Notes under the pieces: generated by a model
Told to the model about the DNA's origin: nothing
The model's database searches: none
The model's input: only the letters and a program-made list of their open reading frames with translations
Assembly (NCBI GenBank): GCA_044350895.1
Contig: JBILGT010000001.1
Span: 41,874 to 105,873, forward strand
Direction of reading: 5' to 3'
Source of the DNA: Limisphaerales bacterium
GTDB lineage: Bacteria; Patescibacteriota; Microgenomatia; UBA1400; PJMF01
Length of the DNA: 64,000 nt
Position numbers and translations under genes: made by a program
Shown here: positions 56,701-64,000 of the stretch, one piece after another
How the letters are laid out: each line of letters begins with the position of its first letter
How positions within the stretch are numbered: position 1 is the first letter of the stretch

Positions 56701-56851
56701 AGTCGGGGACTATGTACTCGTAGAGCTCTCTGAGCTGATCGATTTGGGAGTTACGTAACGATTCAGGATTAAGAATATTAAAAACTTTACAGATGTTTTC
56801 TGCTAATTGTTGGGGTTGAATTTCAACTGCTTGCTCATGTACCTCTGCCAT
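53792..56851 (-). CDS. Giant multi-module ECF sigma-70 factor-like protein
   Basis: Intact C-terminal ECF (LYDRY..AEELTAEVFLK..FSGWLYRIAHN.VIDYYR; LTEEQAEII.L.Y.EG.S..E.AE.L.K.EGSIKAL.HR), plus upstream sigma4-like and sigma2-like segments. Confidence 0.85.
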   Translation of the reverse strand: MAEVHEQAVEIQPQQLAENICKVFNILNPESLRNSQIDQLRELYEYIVPDSRANKELIDYVISEIYGDVKKNSRPLGLIYRALKEVSRRIRKGPLTGHLDQHIHHELHTLHTQNTLYRSGDPFARIDDGENEQYYTESERFNIPESSVLSYDEKVRLLTAFKRMPPSQRLSLALRTYEPDLSNEEISLIVTSVIPDLETTLGATKSRIKRGRDSLSAAYQQLPEADAPGDETETTVGKPRTVPHYDFESHDILDHVIASLRNDVPNFRPEMVDEFLRKKKLYGEISSARATAALPEISIPAASESPSDEEKEFQAVEAELEQLLEGANETSTKSTDELLYELNDFFSDNYPMLLNYVKGRMGIVARGGVSYDDIVQDLYERIFRGVKDGRYHFNHVRGYVMSTLRGLISTFFCHQAVLWRWFNPRLVDNTRDNNTSAEDKALAAMEPKSAEDLAEDSNVWVLPLSERIAPSVETTQQQAPLSTGKPKGRARSFSPAILRNLERFSQDESEISQTSEPEPQPAVTIPKRETQARTSTPKRTRRPKVPQEVPLATNPGLLELIDEINQTSEAAPVLEKPISKFVMPESVLTESPEVTQLRALRKKNPDLFERQPIKLLPKLDHLYAVPNDTPVLGPEPAPTIQLEHETTSHVQALRVRMADLFEPRQIKLLPLLDHLYEAPAQETVIDAPPALTVAITPEAQVEVLGPEVSFSQLAELADGAPAVPDKQKTENKKKVTDTVRRKKTNTTRKAAAGKTIPTSRQRLERDSEIPADAVEVPQQSDEQSRTALEPTPAPANSALEGEIVDPSDFAAYDAKYGFDASEVRDILSDEKVKPDEKALVKQLEVRAASFDERALEELYDRYEARIYSYIYRRTGNESLAEELTAEVFLKMLEAIRADKAWHSSFSGWLYRIAHNRVIDYYRQRDRQQQVELEDSLITDRHEHNPVAMAAASYDALKLRKAISRLTEEQAEIITLQYLEGYSISEMAEMLNKTEGSIKALRHRGIQSLRQFLEEDDFEY

Positions 56852-57012
56852 AAAAAAATTATTGTAACTATCAATTCACTTGAAAAATCTCTCATCATAG
56901 CGTACTATAAAACCAATGTTTACAGCAATGACTCCTTATTTTTTAGATTGAAAAAGAGGGGTTTTTTTGTTTATTGATGACTTCGGTAGTAAGTATGTGA
57001 AAGGAGGCACCT

Positions 57013-57354
57013 ATGCAGGTGATCATCGATTCCAAGAACCTTACAGTGACTGAGGCACTTCGACTCCACATTGTCAAACAAGCCCAAAAGCTTGAAAAAC
57101 TCAAAAAACCCATTACCGCCGTGCGTGTGTATCTCGAGACCATTGCAAAAAAACATAACGATCCCAAATCAAATGGGGTGACATTTCATGTTGAAATCCC
57201 AGGAAAAGATGTGACTGTTCAGAAACATGCAGTAGACATGTATGAGGCTATTGTCCAGGCAGCAGAAGGTGCAGTGCGACAAGTGCGCAAGGCAGCTGAA
57301 AAGAAAATCACCAAAGAGCGTCTTGAAGCCCAGACAGAACTATCTACTGCTTGA
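57013..57354 (+). CDS. hpf: Ribosome hibernation promoting factor (short HPF/RaiA)
   Basis: KNLTVTEALR..DMYEAI...RQVRK; strong SD AAGGAGG. Confidence 0.92.
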   Translation: MQVIIDSKNLTVTEALRLHIVKQAQKLEKLKKPITAVRVYLETIAKKHNDPKSNGVTFHVEIPGKDVTVQKHAVDMYEAIVQAAEGAVRQVRKAAEKKITKERLEAQTELSTA

Positions 57355-57386
57355 TTTTGGAGATACACCAGGTAGTCTAAATACGT

Positions 57387-57812
57387 ATGACGACAAACCC
57401 ACCAGCACAAGGTCAAGGCGGTAGTGACGCACTTGCTCAACTAGAAGCATTACTGCAAAAAACAAAAGCCTCCAAAGGTCAGGCACCTTCGAGTGGCTTG
57501 GGAGGTTTGGGTGGTGATGATTTAGTGGGAGGCCTTTCAGGTGGTGTAAATCCTGATATCGAAGCTGAAGCAGAAAAATTGGCGCGTGAACAAGCTGAAA
57601 AAGAAGAACAATTTAGAATACGAATGGAAGAATCAGAGGCTGAACGTCAGCGAGCTTTAGCTGAACAGCAGAGTAAGATGGCTGAGCTATCTAATACGCC
57701 TCAATATCAAGCACGTGTGCAACAAACAGAAGAAGCACATCAGCATGACGAAGAGCAAAAAGCTGCGATTGATGGACACGAAATTAGACAAGTAACAACT
57801 ACAAAATTGTAA
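57387..57812 (+). CDS. Hypothetical Gly/Glu/Gln-rich coiled-coil protein
   Basis: 141-aa ORF. Confidence 0.7.
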   Translation: MTTNPPAQGQGGSDALAQLEALLQKTKASKGQAPSSGLGGLGGDDLVGGLSGGVNPDIEAEAEKLAREQAEKEEQFRIRMEESEAERQRALAEQQSKMAELSNTPQYQARVQQTEEAHQHDEEQKAAIDGHEIRQVTTTKL

Positions 57813-57815
57813 CGT

Positions 57816-58424
57816 ATGCAAGCACCTGCCGCGCGCCCACGACCTGGTGGTGGATTCAACCCCGGAATGGGTCAATTTAATGATCATCTTGATGAACAAG
57901 CCATGCAGCAAGCGATGAAGCAGAAGGCTTTAGGTCAACAGGCTGGGTCCCAAACAGGACCAATTCAAAATTCCTCACAGCAGTCCAATACGCAACAGCC
58001 ACCACCTGAGGCTGGCAGCGCATCAATGTTTGATACGATTGTTTCAAAACCAGTGCAGGATTTGGCAAAGACAATCCTTGGAGCACTGCATCTTGATAAA
58101 CTACTGGGGTTGGGTGGGAACACAAGTACCCCAGAAGAAAAAGCCAAAAAAGATGCAATGATGCGTCGTTACAATCAGTTGACAGAAGAGCAGCAAGCTG
58201 TGGCACGACAAAAGTATCAGGAACGCATGCAGCGTGAAAAAATGTTGCAGCAAGAAGCGGAACAGCGTAAGCAAATGGAAGAGAAGAAGAAGGAAGCGTC
58301 AATTCAGATGCCAAGCTCTCCACAAAAAGGTGCTCCAGATCCTCATGGATCCAAAAAGAGTAATGCCATTCAAAAATTGCAACAAGATAGAAAAACACTG
58401 GGTGGACCGCAAAGTGCTGGGTAG
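57816..58424 (+). CDS. Hypothetical Gln-rich coiled-coil/disordered protein
   Basis: 202-aa ORF, 3 nt after the previous stop. Confidence 0.7.
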   Translation: MQAPAARPRPGGGFNPGMGQFNDHLDEQAMQQAMKQKALGQQAGSQTGPIQNSSQQSNTQQPPPEAGSASMFDTIVSKPVQDLAKTILGALHLDKLLGLGGNTSTPEEKAKKDAMMRRYNQLTEEQQAVARQKYQERMQREKMLQQEAEQRKQMEEKKKEASIQMPSSPQKGAPDPHGSKKSNAIQKLQQDRKTLGGPQSAG

Positions 58425-58449
58425 TTGAAAAGTTGTATAATGAGCACAT

Positions 58450-58854
58450 ATGTCAGCAGCAACATCTGGTGCTGTCGCAGCTGCGGCAGCATACAAACAA
58501 ATGATCGATGAAGAGGAGGAGATTATGACTAAATATTCACCTGAAGAACTCGAAAAGTGGGAATTTAAGATTTTACGTAGTAATTTTGGTAGTTTTGGGA
58601 ATCTGCAAACGTTACAACAAGTGTTAGAAGAAGAGAAGCAAGCTGGCTGGGAACTGGTAGAAAAATTTGATAACACACGCCTTCGTTTCAAACGAAGAAT
58701 TGAAGAGCGATCCCACGATAGTAGTAGAACAATCGACCCATATCGCAGTACTCATGGTGCAGGTTCTGCGACATTTGTTTTTTGGATTATTTTTGGACTG
58801 TTATTTTTTATTATATTCATGGCTGCAATTGGTGGTCTCATATCCGCACTCTAG
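58450..58854 (+). CDS. Hypothetical protein (DUF4177-like core, C-terminal TM)
   Basis: WEFKI..L...EE..AGWELV....RLRFKR; TM tail. Confidence 0.7.
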   Translation: MSAATSGAVAAAAAYKQMIDEEEEIMTKYSPEELEKWEFKILRSNFGSFGNLQTLQQVLEEEKQAGWELVEKFDNTRLRFKRRIEERSHDSSRTIDPYRSTHGAGSATFVFWIIFGLLFFIIFMAAIGGLISAL

Positions 58855-58888
58855 CGTAGTACTAGTAGTAGTAGTTTAAGGAGGACAT

Positions 58889-59602
58889 ATGAAAAATTGG
58901 ATGATGATTGTGGTAATCGCCGCAGTATTTTCGATGGTAGTTTTCCCAAATGTTGATTGGGGTACACTTAGTGTTCGTCCCGCACAGACCATCACTGTGA
59001 GTGGCATCGCTCAAATGGATAAAACAAATGAAGTAGCTCAATTTTATGCTGGTGTGACAGCCACAAATACCGATAAACAAGCCGCCATTACTGAAGTAAA
59101 TACAAAAATGGATGAAGTGGTGACAAAACTTAAAGAATTTGGAATTGCTGCTGCTGATATCCAGACCCAAAGTTTGAGTGTCTATCAAGATCAGGAACAA
59201 ATTACTGAAGGTGGACGACAGCGTTACTCTCCAGGACAGTGGCGTGCTAATAACTCCGTGCAGATCAAGCTCCGTGACGGCAGCAAAAGTTCTGACTTAA
59301 TGTCACTACTGGGTGGGAGTGGTTTGACAGATATTTCTGGTCCAAACTTCATGCTTGATACCCAAGACAGCCAAGCTATTCAAGATGAACTCTTGGAAAA
59401 AGCAGTGGCAAATGCTCAAATTAAAGCTGAAAAAGTAGCTAAAGCTAACGGTAGAAAAGTTACAAAAATTCTGAATATCACTGAGGGAAGTACCCCAGCT
59501 TTTGGTGGTCCTATGATGGATCGCGCGATGAGTGCAGCTCCAATTGAGCCTGGTACATCAACTGTGCAAGCTAACGCAACAGTTACTTTTGAAATGCGCT
59601 AG
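58889..59602 (+). CDS. SIMPL (DUF541) domain protein
   Basis: TITVSG, DIQTQSLSV, ISGPNF, AVANA..KAE, PIEPG..V.A..TVTFEM; SD AAGGAGG. Confidence 0.92.
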   Translation: MKNWMMIVVIAAVFSMVVFPNVDWGTLSVRPAQTITVSGIAQMDKTNEVAQFYAGVTATNTDKQAAITEVNTKMDEVVTKLKEFGIAAADIQTQSLSVYQDQEQITEGGRQRYSPGQWRANNSVQIKLRDGSKSSDLMSLLGGSGLTDISGPNFMLDTQDSQAIQDELLEKAVANAQIKAEKVAKANGRKVTKILNITEGSTPAFGGPMMDRAMSAAPIEPGTSTVQANATVTFEMR

Positions 59603-59639
59603 TTTATAGAGTGGTGCATTAAGGAGAAGTCAGGGAATC

Positions 59640-59987
59640 GATCATGTCAGCAGGTAAGGTAACTTGATTCATTGCATTGCTGCCAAGATACTCTATGCCA
59701 TTTGGTCTTCAATCGGCATAACAACTTTGCTAAAGAAGAAGTACTGTTCACCAGTAAGTTCATTTTCTACCCAAAATACTTTTTTGGGGTCACGAGTGAA
59801 AACGGCTTCAGGTGGGAGAAATACGACTTTATTATTCCCACCAACATCGATGGTATGTATTGGTATAGCAAGGGAATCACACAAATGCTATGTATCTGAT
59901 CAAATCAAGTTGCATCCGATAAAATATTGCTCTGTCACCTGGAGCAAGTTGGGTTTGCGGTTACGCTTCTTTGCTAGCTAAAGACAT
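59640..59987 (-). pseudogene. Possible decayed hypothetical gene
   Basis: Protein-like fragments MSLASKEA*PQTQLAPGDRAIFYRMQLDLIRY and CDSLAIPIHT..EDQMA* are separated by a stop and a frameshift. Confidence 0.35.
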
Positions 59988-60011
59988 AGATTCCTTTGCT
60001 ACAATACTTGC

Positions 60012-61514
60012 ATGCGATTATACAATACCCTCACTCGACATCTAGAAACTGTTGAGCCTCTCACATCTGGCTCATTGGGTTTGTATGCTTGTGGACTAAC
60101 TGTCTATGACTACACACACTTGGGACATTTGCGAAAATACACCATGGATGATGTGTTGATTCGTACCCTGCGTCGTGCAGGATTCAAGGTCAAGTTTGTG
60201 CAGAATGTGACTGACGTAGGGCATTTATCTTCTGATGGTGATACTGGAGAAGATAAACTGGAAAAAGGTGCCAAGAAATACAACAAAACTGTATGGGATA
60301 TTGCCCATGAGTTTGAAGACTATTTTTGGCGCAGTATGGATCTGATGGGTAATGTCCGACCAGATGTCAGTTGCCGAGCTACAGAGCATATCGAAGCTCA
60401 GCTCGAAATGGTCAAAACTTTGGAGAAAAAAGGCTTTGCGTATGTAATTCCTGATGATGGTGTATACTTTGATACCTCAAAAATTGCTGACTATGGCAAG
60501 CTGGCTGGTTTTGATCCTGAAAGTTTGCAAGAAGGCGCTCGTGTAGAAATGGTAGTGGGCAAGCGCAATAAAACAGATTTTGCTTTGTGGAAGTTTGAGC
60601 GCGCTGGAGAAAATAGAGCAATGGTTTGGCCAAGTCCTTGGGCTGAGCGAAGTTTCCCTGGCTGGCATATTGAGTGCAGCGCAATGGCGCTCCAACACCT
60701 CACAGATGTCAAACAAGCAGACGGCAGGTTTAATTGGGAAAAAGCAGAGCCAATTACCATTCACACAGGGGGAATTGATCACATTCCCGTCCATCACACC
60801 AACGAAATTGCACAAGCAGAAGCAGCCACGGGCAAACAGCCATTTGTGCAGTATTGGGTGCATCATAACTTCTTGCGTGTGGATGGCGAGAAGATGAGTA
60901 AATCACTGGGTAATTACTACACTATTGATGATATTTTGAATCGAGGTATCAGTCCAAAAGCACTGCGCTTGTTATTTTTGACTACTCACTACCGTAGCGA
61001 GATGAACTTCTTGTGGGATACACTAGAAGGTATGGAAAAAACACATCAACGCTTACTTGAAATGGTCGTCCAGTTTAGAAAAGAAGATGACAGGACAGTT
61101 TTGAGTGAAGAGAAGCTGGCCAAAATTGATGAATATCGAAAACGGTTTTTTGCAGCAGTCGAGAATGACCTCAATACTGCTGAAGGTGTTGCACTCATGT
61201 GGGAAGTAGCGAAGTCAAACATACCTGGACCAGACAAATATGATTTGCTCATTGAATTTGATGAAGTGCTGGGCCTTGGGCTGAAGACAGCAGAGCAGCA
61301 ACTTGCAGATTTGAAAGCAACTCAAGCAGAGAGTATTTTTTCTGAAACTGATGAGCGACTACCAGCGGAAGTTCGGCAACTTTTGACAGAGCGAGCCACT
61401 GCTCGTAGCAACAAAGATTTCCAAAAATCAGACGAATTACGGCAAAAAATTGCTGAACTCGGCTTCAGTGTTGAAGACGCAAAAACTGGTGAACAGACAA
61501 TTCAGAAAAAGTAA
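60012..61514 (+). CDS. cysS: Cysteinyl-tRNA synthetase
   Basis: YACGLTVYD..HLGH, DFALWK, PGWHIECSAM, GG.DH..HH.NEIAQ, KMSKS. Confidence 0.98.
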   Translation: MRLYNTLTRHLETVEPLTSGSLGLYACGLTVYDYTHLGHLRKYTMDDVLIRTLRRAGFKVKFVQNVTDVGHLSSDGDTGEDKLEKGAKKYNKTVWDIAHEFEDYFWRSMDLMGNVRPDVSCRATEHIEAQLEMVKTLEKKGFAYVIPDDGVYFDTSKIADYGKLAGFDPESLQEGARVEMVVGKRNKTDFALWKFERAGENRAMVWPSPWAERSFPGWHIECSAMALQHLTDVKQADGRFNWEKAEPITIHTGGIDHIPVHHTNEIAQAEAATGKQPFVQYWVHHNFLRVDGEKMSKSLGNYYTIDDILNRGISPKALRLLFLTTHYRSEMNFLWDTLEGMEKTHQRLLEMVVQFRKEDDRTVLSEEKLAKIDEYRKRFFAAVENDLNTAEGVALMWEVAKSNIPGPDKYDLLIEFDEVLGLGLKTAEQQLADLKATQAESIFSETDERLPAEVRQLLTERATARSNKDFQKSDELRQKIAELGFSVEDAKTGEQTIQKK

Positions 61515-61752
61515 CTACTTACTTTGTAAATCTGGCTCGTGCTTTCCACACTGATAATGGTATTTCCTTCCCACAATACATTTGTTACATTTGCACCGAG
61601 TTCTGTCCCAATATCATGGCCACCAAACATAATGTTATTTCTTGTCTTGTGAGCGGTTGCAGTCCGGCCCATTGAAAATTTTTAAATGCGGTGCCGTCTT
61701 CATAAGATTCAATGAAAGAATTTTCAATGAGTAAAACCGAAATTTTTGCATA
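61503..61752 (-). pseudogene. Fragment of a GH28-like beta-helix gene
   Basis: LLIENSFIESYEDGTAFK, then a frameshift, then RNNIMFGGHDIGTELGANVTNVLWEGNTII. These parallel LLENVFVQSVDDSIAVK..IGTENRQPITGVTFE of 36415-38604. Confidence 0.6.
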
Positions 61753-61875
61753 GTAAATATTTTGAGCTTAGCTGATAACTGTGCTACCAATTATTGCCTC
61801 ATTTAGCGGTATCCGCCAGTAGGGTGTAGTATCGGCAACAGTTTCATCTCGGCATGGATGGTGTAAAATACTGGT

Positions 61876-62091
61876 ATGCCTGAAAAAACAAAAACACAAT
61901 CATCTTCAAAAAAACTACAAATTCCAAAAGAAGGTAAAAAACTCGCTGGAGTCTGTGCCGCTTGGGCCAACTTCCTCGGGATTGATGTCACACTTGTGCG
62001 CATTGTCTGGGTTCTTTTACTCGTGCCAGGTGGCTTGCCTGGTCTTATCCCATATCTTATCTGTTGGGTTTTGATTCCTGAAGAAAAATAA
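61876..62091 (+). CDS. PspC domain protein
   Basis: KKLAGVCAAWANFLGIDVTLVR..YLICWVLIPEE. Confidence 0.92.
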   Translation: MPEKTKTQSSSKKLQIPKEGKKLAGVCAAWANFLGIDVTLVRIVWVLLLVPGGLPGLIPYLICWVLIPEEK

Positions 62092-62177
62092 ACCAAGCGC
62101 ATATTTGCATATTTGATGTGCATAAAAGACTGTTGCATAGTGACAAATTTGTTACAGTATGTATATGATTGAGTACT

Positions 62178-63644
62178 ATGGCTCTGCATACTGAAGGTAC
62201 AGTTGGAAACTCCCATCCAGCTGATGTTCCCTTTGTTTTTGATGAAAATATGGATGACCAACTGCATGAAGAATGTGGTGTCTTTGGAATTGTAACGCCC
62301 CAAACAGAAGTAGCCGCCACAATTTTATTTGCGTTGTATGGGTTACAACACCGTGGCCAAGATGCTGCAGGCATTTTCACAAGTGATGGAACTACTTTTA
62401 CTGGACATAAGAAACGTGGGCTCTTGGCGCAAGTATTTAACGAACATAATTTAGCAGACTTACAGGGGCATCTGGGTATTGGTCACACTCGCTATACGAC
62501 TTCGAGTGGTAATAAACCACGCTTTGTGCAGCCCATTCACAAAGGTGAACTGGCGTTTGCATTCAATGGCAATCTTTCGAATATTGCGCCCCTCATTAAA
62601 TTTCTCAAAGAAAAAGAGCTCTTTAAAAGAGGTATGAATGACACCTTAATGATGTCAGCTTTGTTGTGGCATTTTTTGCAAGAAACGGGCGACGCGACTG
62701 CTGCGCTCGAAAAGTGCTGGCCATTTTGGATTGGCGCATACTCAGCTGTAGTCTTACTGCAAGACACAGTTATAGGCGTGCGTGGCCCAGAAGGAATTCG
62801 ACCACTAGTACTAGGGCAGATGGCTGGTGGTTTCGCGATGGCGTCTGAAAGTGCCGCATTTAACTCTGTTGGAACACTACTTGGTGATGTCCAACCCGGT
62901 CACGTGGTAACACTCCATACAGGAGGATATAAAGATCAACAAATTGCTGAAACAGGTCTGAAGTCTGATGTATTTGAGATTATTTATTTTGCTCGGCCAG
63001 ATAGTATCATCATGGGGAGAAGCGTGTATCAAATGCGCTTGGCAATGGGCAGAGAACTCGCACTGGAACATCCCATTGCAGCAGATATTGTCGTCCCAGT
63101 TCCCAACACCGCGATTCCGTTCGCGGAGGGTTACGCTGAGGTATTGGGTTTGAAAATGTCCTCACAGATTCTGGTGCGCAACAATTATATTGCGCGCACC
63201 TTTATTCAACCTACGCAAGAACAGAGAAATTTGTCAGTTAAGTATAAATTTAATGTGATGCCCAATGAAGTTAAAGGAAAGCGGATTGTGTTGATCGATG
63301 ATTCAATTGTTCGTGGCTCAACTCTTGCACCACTTGTCGAAATGCTGCTCCGTGCTGGAGCAGCAGAAGTACATGTGATGAGCGCTGCACCACCCATCCG
63401 CTATCCCAATTTTTATGGCATCGCGACACCTCATCAAAAGGACTTAATTGCTGCCTGGAGTTCACCCGAAGAAATTGCACGTAAATATGGTGCTACTAGT
63501 GTCAGCTTTTTGTCATATCGAGGCATGTTACATGCCATTGGTATCCCAGAATCTCAGCTTGATACTTCCTGTTTGACTGGAGTCTACCCAGTTGATATTG
63601 GTAAAAATAAGCGCCATATCAAAAGACTTTCCCCAACTGTTTGA
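62178..63644 (+). CDS. purF: Amidophosphoribosyltransferase
   Basis: HEE/CGVFG, LQHRGQDAAG, GHTRY, NGNL, IYFARPDS, DDSIVRGST. Start is 62178 or 62250. Confidence 0.95.
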   Translation: MALHTEGTVGNSHPADVPFVFDENMDDQLHEECGVFGIVTPQTEVAATILFALYGLQHRGQDAAGIFTSDGTTFTGHKKRGLLAQVFNEHNLADLQGHLGIGHTRYTTSSGNKPRFVQPIHKGELAFAFNGNLSNIAPLIKFLKEKELFKRGMNDTLMMSALLWHFLQETGDATAALEKCWPFWIGAYSAVVLLQDTVIGVRGPEGIRPLVLGQMAGGFAMASESAAFNSVGTLLGDVQPGHVVTLHTGGYKDQQIAETGLKSDVFEIIYFARPDSIIMGRSVYQMRLAMGRELALEHPIAADIVVPVPNTAIPFAEGYAEVLGLKMSSQILVRNNYIARTFIQPTQEQRNLSVKYKFNVMPNEVKGKRIVLIDDSIVRGSTLAPLVEMLLRAGAAEVHVMSAAPPIRYPNFYGIATPHQKDLIAAWSSPEEIARKYGATSVSFLSYRGMLHAIGIPESQLDTSCLTGVYPVDIGKNKRHIKRLSPTV

Positions 63645-63697
63645 TACAGTAAGTGGTTGTGTAAGAGTCCTAAATTTTTTGTATAGTAGATGTACAC

Positions 63698-64000
63698 GTG
63701 TCAATAAAAATCTTACGCAAGCTTAGTGTTCACACTCTCATACTTCCATTTTTTTTTCTAGCATCGCTGTTTGTTGTATCTTCATTGCTTGTTGTGGCGC
63801 AATCACAGCGAGAAGTCCCACAGTTGAGATTGGAAGCCAACAAGGAGGGCAGTGGTGGCGTAGTTACATTGTCCTCTAAGTCTGATCCCGTGATTGAGCT
63901 GAGTTCTTGGAACATGTCAGGAACAGCCGACATGGTTCTGTACAAGGCCGACCGGAATTTCTTGCTGAACTATTTACGCCATAACAATGAAGGCAAGCAG
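63698..64000 (+). CDS. N-terminus of a secreted protein (partial)
   Basis: GTG start; signal-like MSIKILRKLSVHTLILPFFFLASLFVVSSLLVVA; frame is open to the window end. Confidence 0.6.
   Translation, partial: MSIKILRKLSVHTLILPFFFLASLFVVSSLLVVAQSQREVPQLRLEANKEGSGGVVTLSSKSDPVIELSSWNMSGTADMVLYKADRNFLLNYLRHNNEGKQ

Noticed and set aside
58851-58874. (TAG)n-like run between two genes
   Set aside because: Short imperfect microsatellite with no evidence of function.
59664-59981. Plus-strand ORFs 59664-59981 and 59672-59899
   Set aside because: No start signals and odd composition; the minus-strand fragments look more protein-like.
1-64000. CRISPR array, prophage, IS element, integron, or alternative genetic code (TGA=Gly/Trp)
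   Set aside because: No regularly spaced repeats and no integrase, transposase or phage structural genes were seen. Conserved genes are full length under code 11, and hpf and purF end in TGA.
63698-64000. Alpha-2-macroglobulin identity for the terminal partial ORF
   Set aside because: Only 101 codons are visible and there is no diagnostic motif.

Overview
64 kb of a small-genome, gene-dense bacterial chromosome using genetic code 11 (TGA is a stop; tRNA-Trp has a CCA anticodon). Gene content and style point to Patescibacteria/CPR, most likely Microgenomates; this is an inference, not a database result. Housekeeping content: four tRNAs, rpmG, rpmB, def-fmt, mreB-mreC-mreD-like-PBP2, murF, dprA-topA, nadD-nadE, recR, hpf, cysS, an orphan purF, flavodoxin with 2-oxoacid:ferredoxin oxidoreductase, ADP-forming acetate-CoA ligase, and a dispersed thymidylate cluster (thyA, HIT, deaminase, cytidylyltransferase, surE, folA, dut, Maf-like, tmk). 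The most notable items are: (1) a 1019-aa protein with an intact C-terminal ECF sigma factor and apparently two degenerate upstream sigma modules; (2) a 1582-aa M48-peptidase/ABC1-kinase-like fusion; (3) cohesin-like and dockerin-like surface proteins, two with a shared post-TM QDxRxxA motif; (4) a promoter-preceded ~150-nt rod-shaped RNA (6S-like); (5) a 142-bp element with 29-bp terminal inverted repeats between nadD and nadE; (6) widespread leaderless -10/ATG architecture; (7) an MreB lacking its catalytic Glu; (8) a tRNA-Trp-linked islet with a duplicated att core; (9) several deletion-scarred pseudogenes missed by the ORF track. No CRISPR array, rRNA, transposase or integrase was seen.
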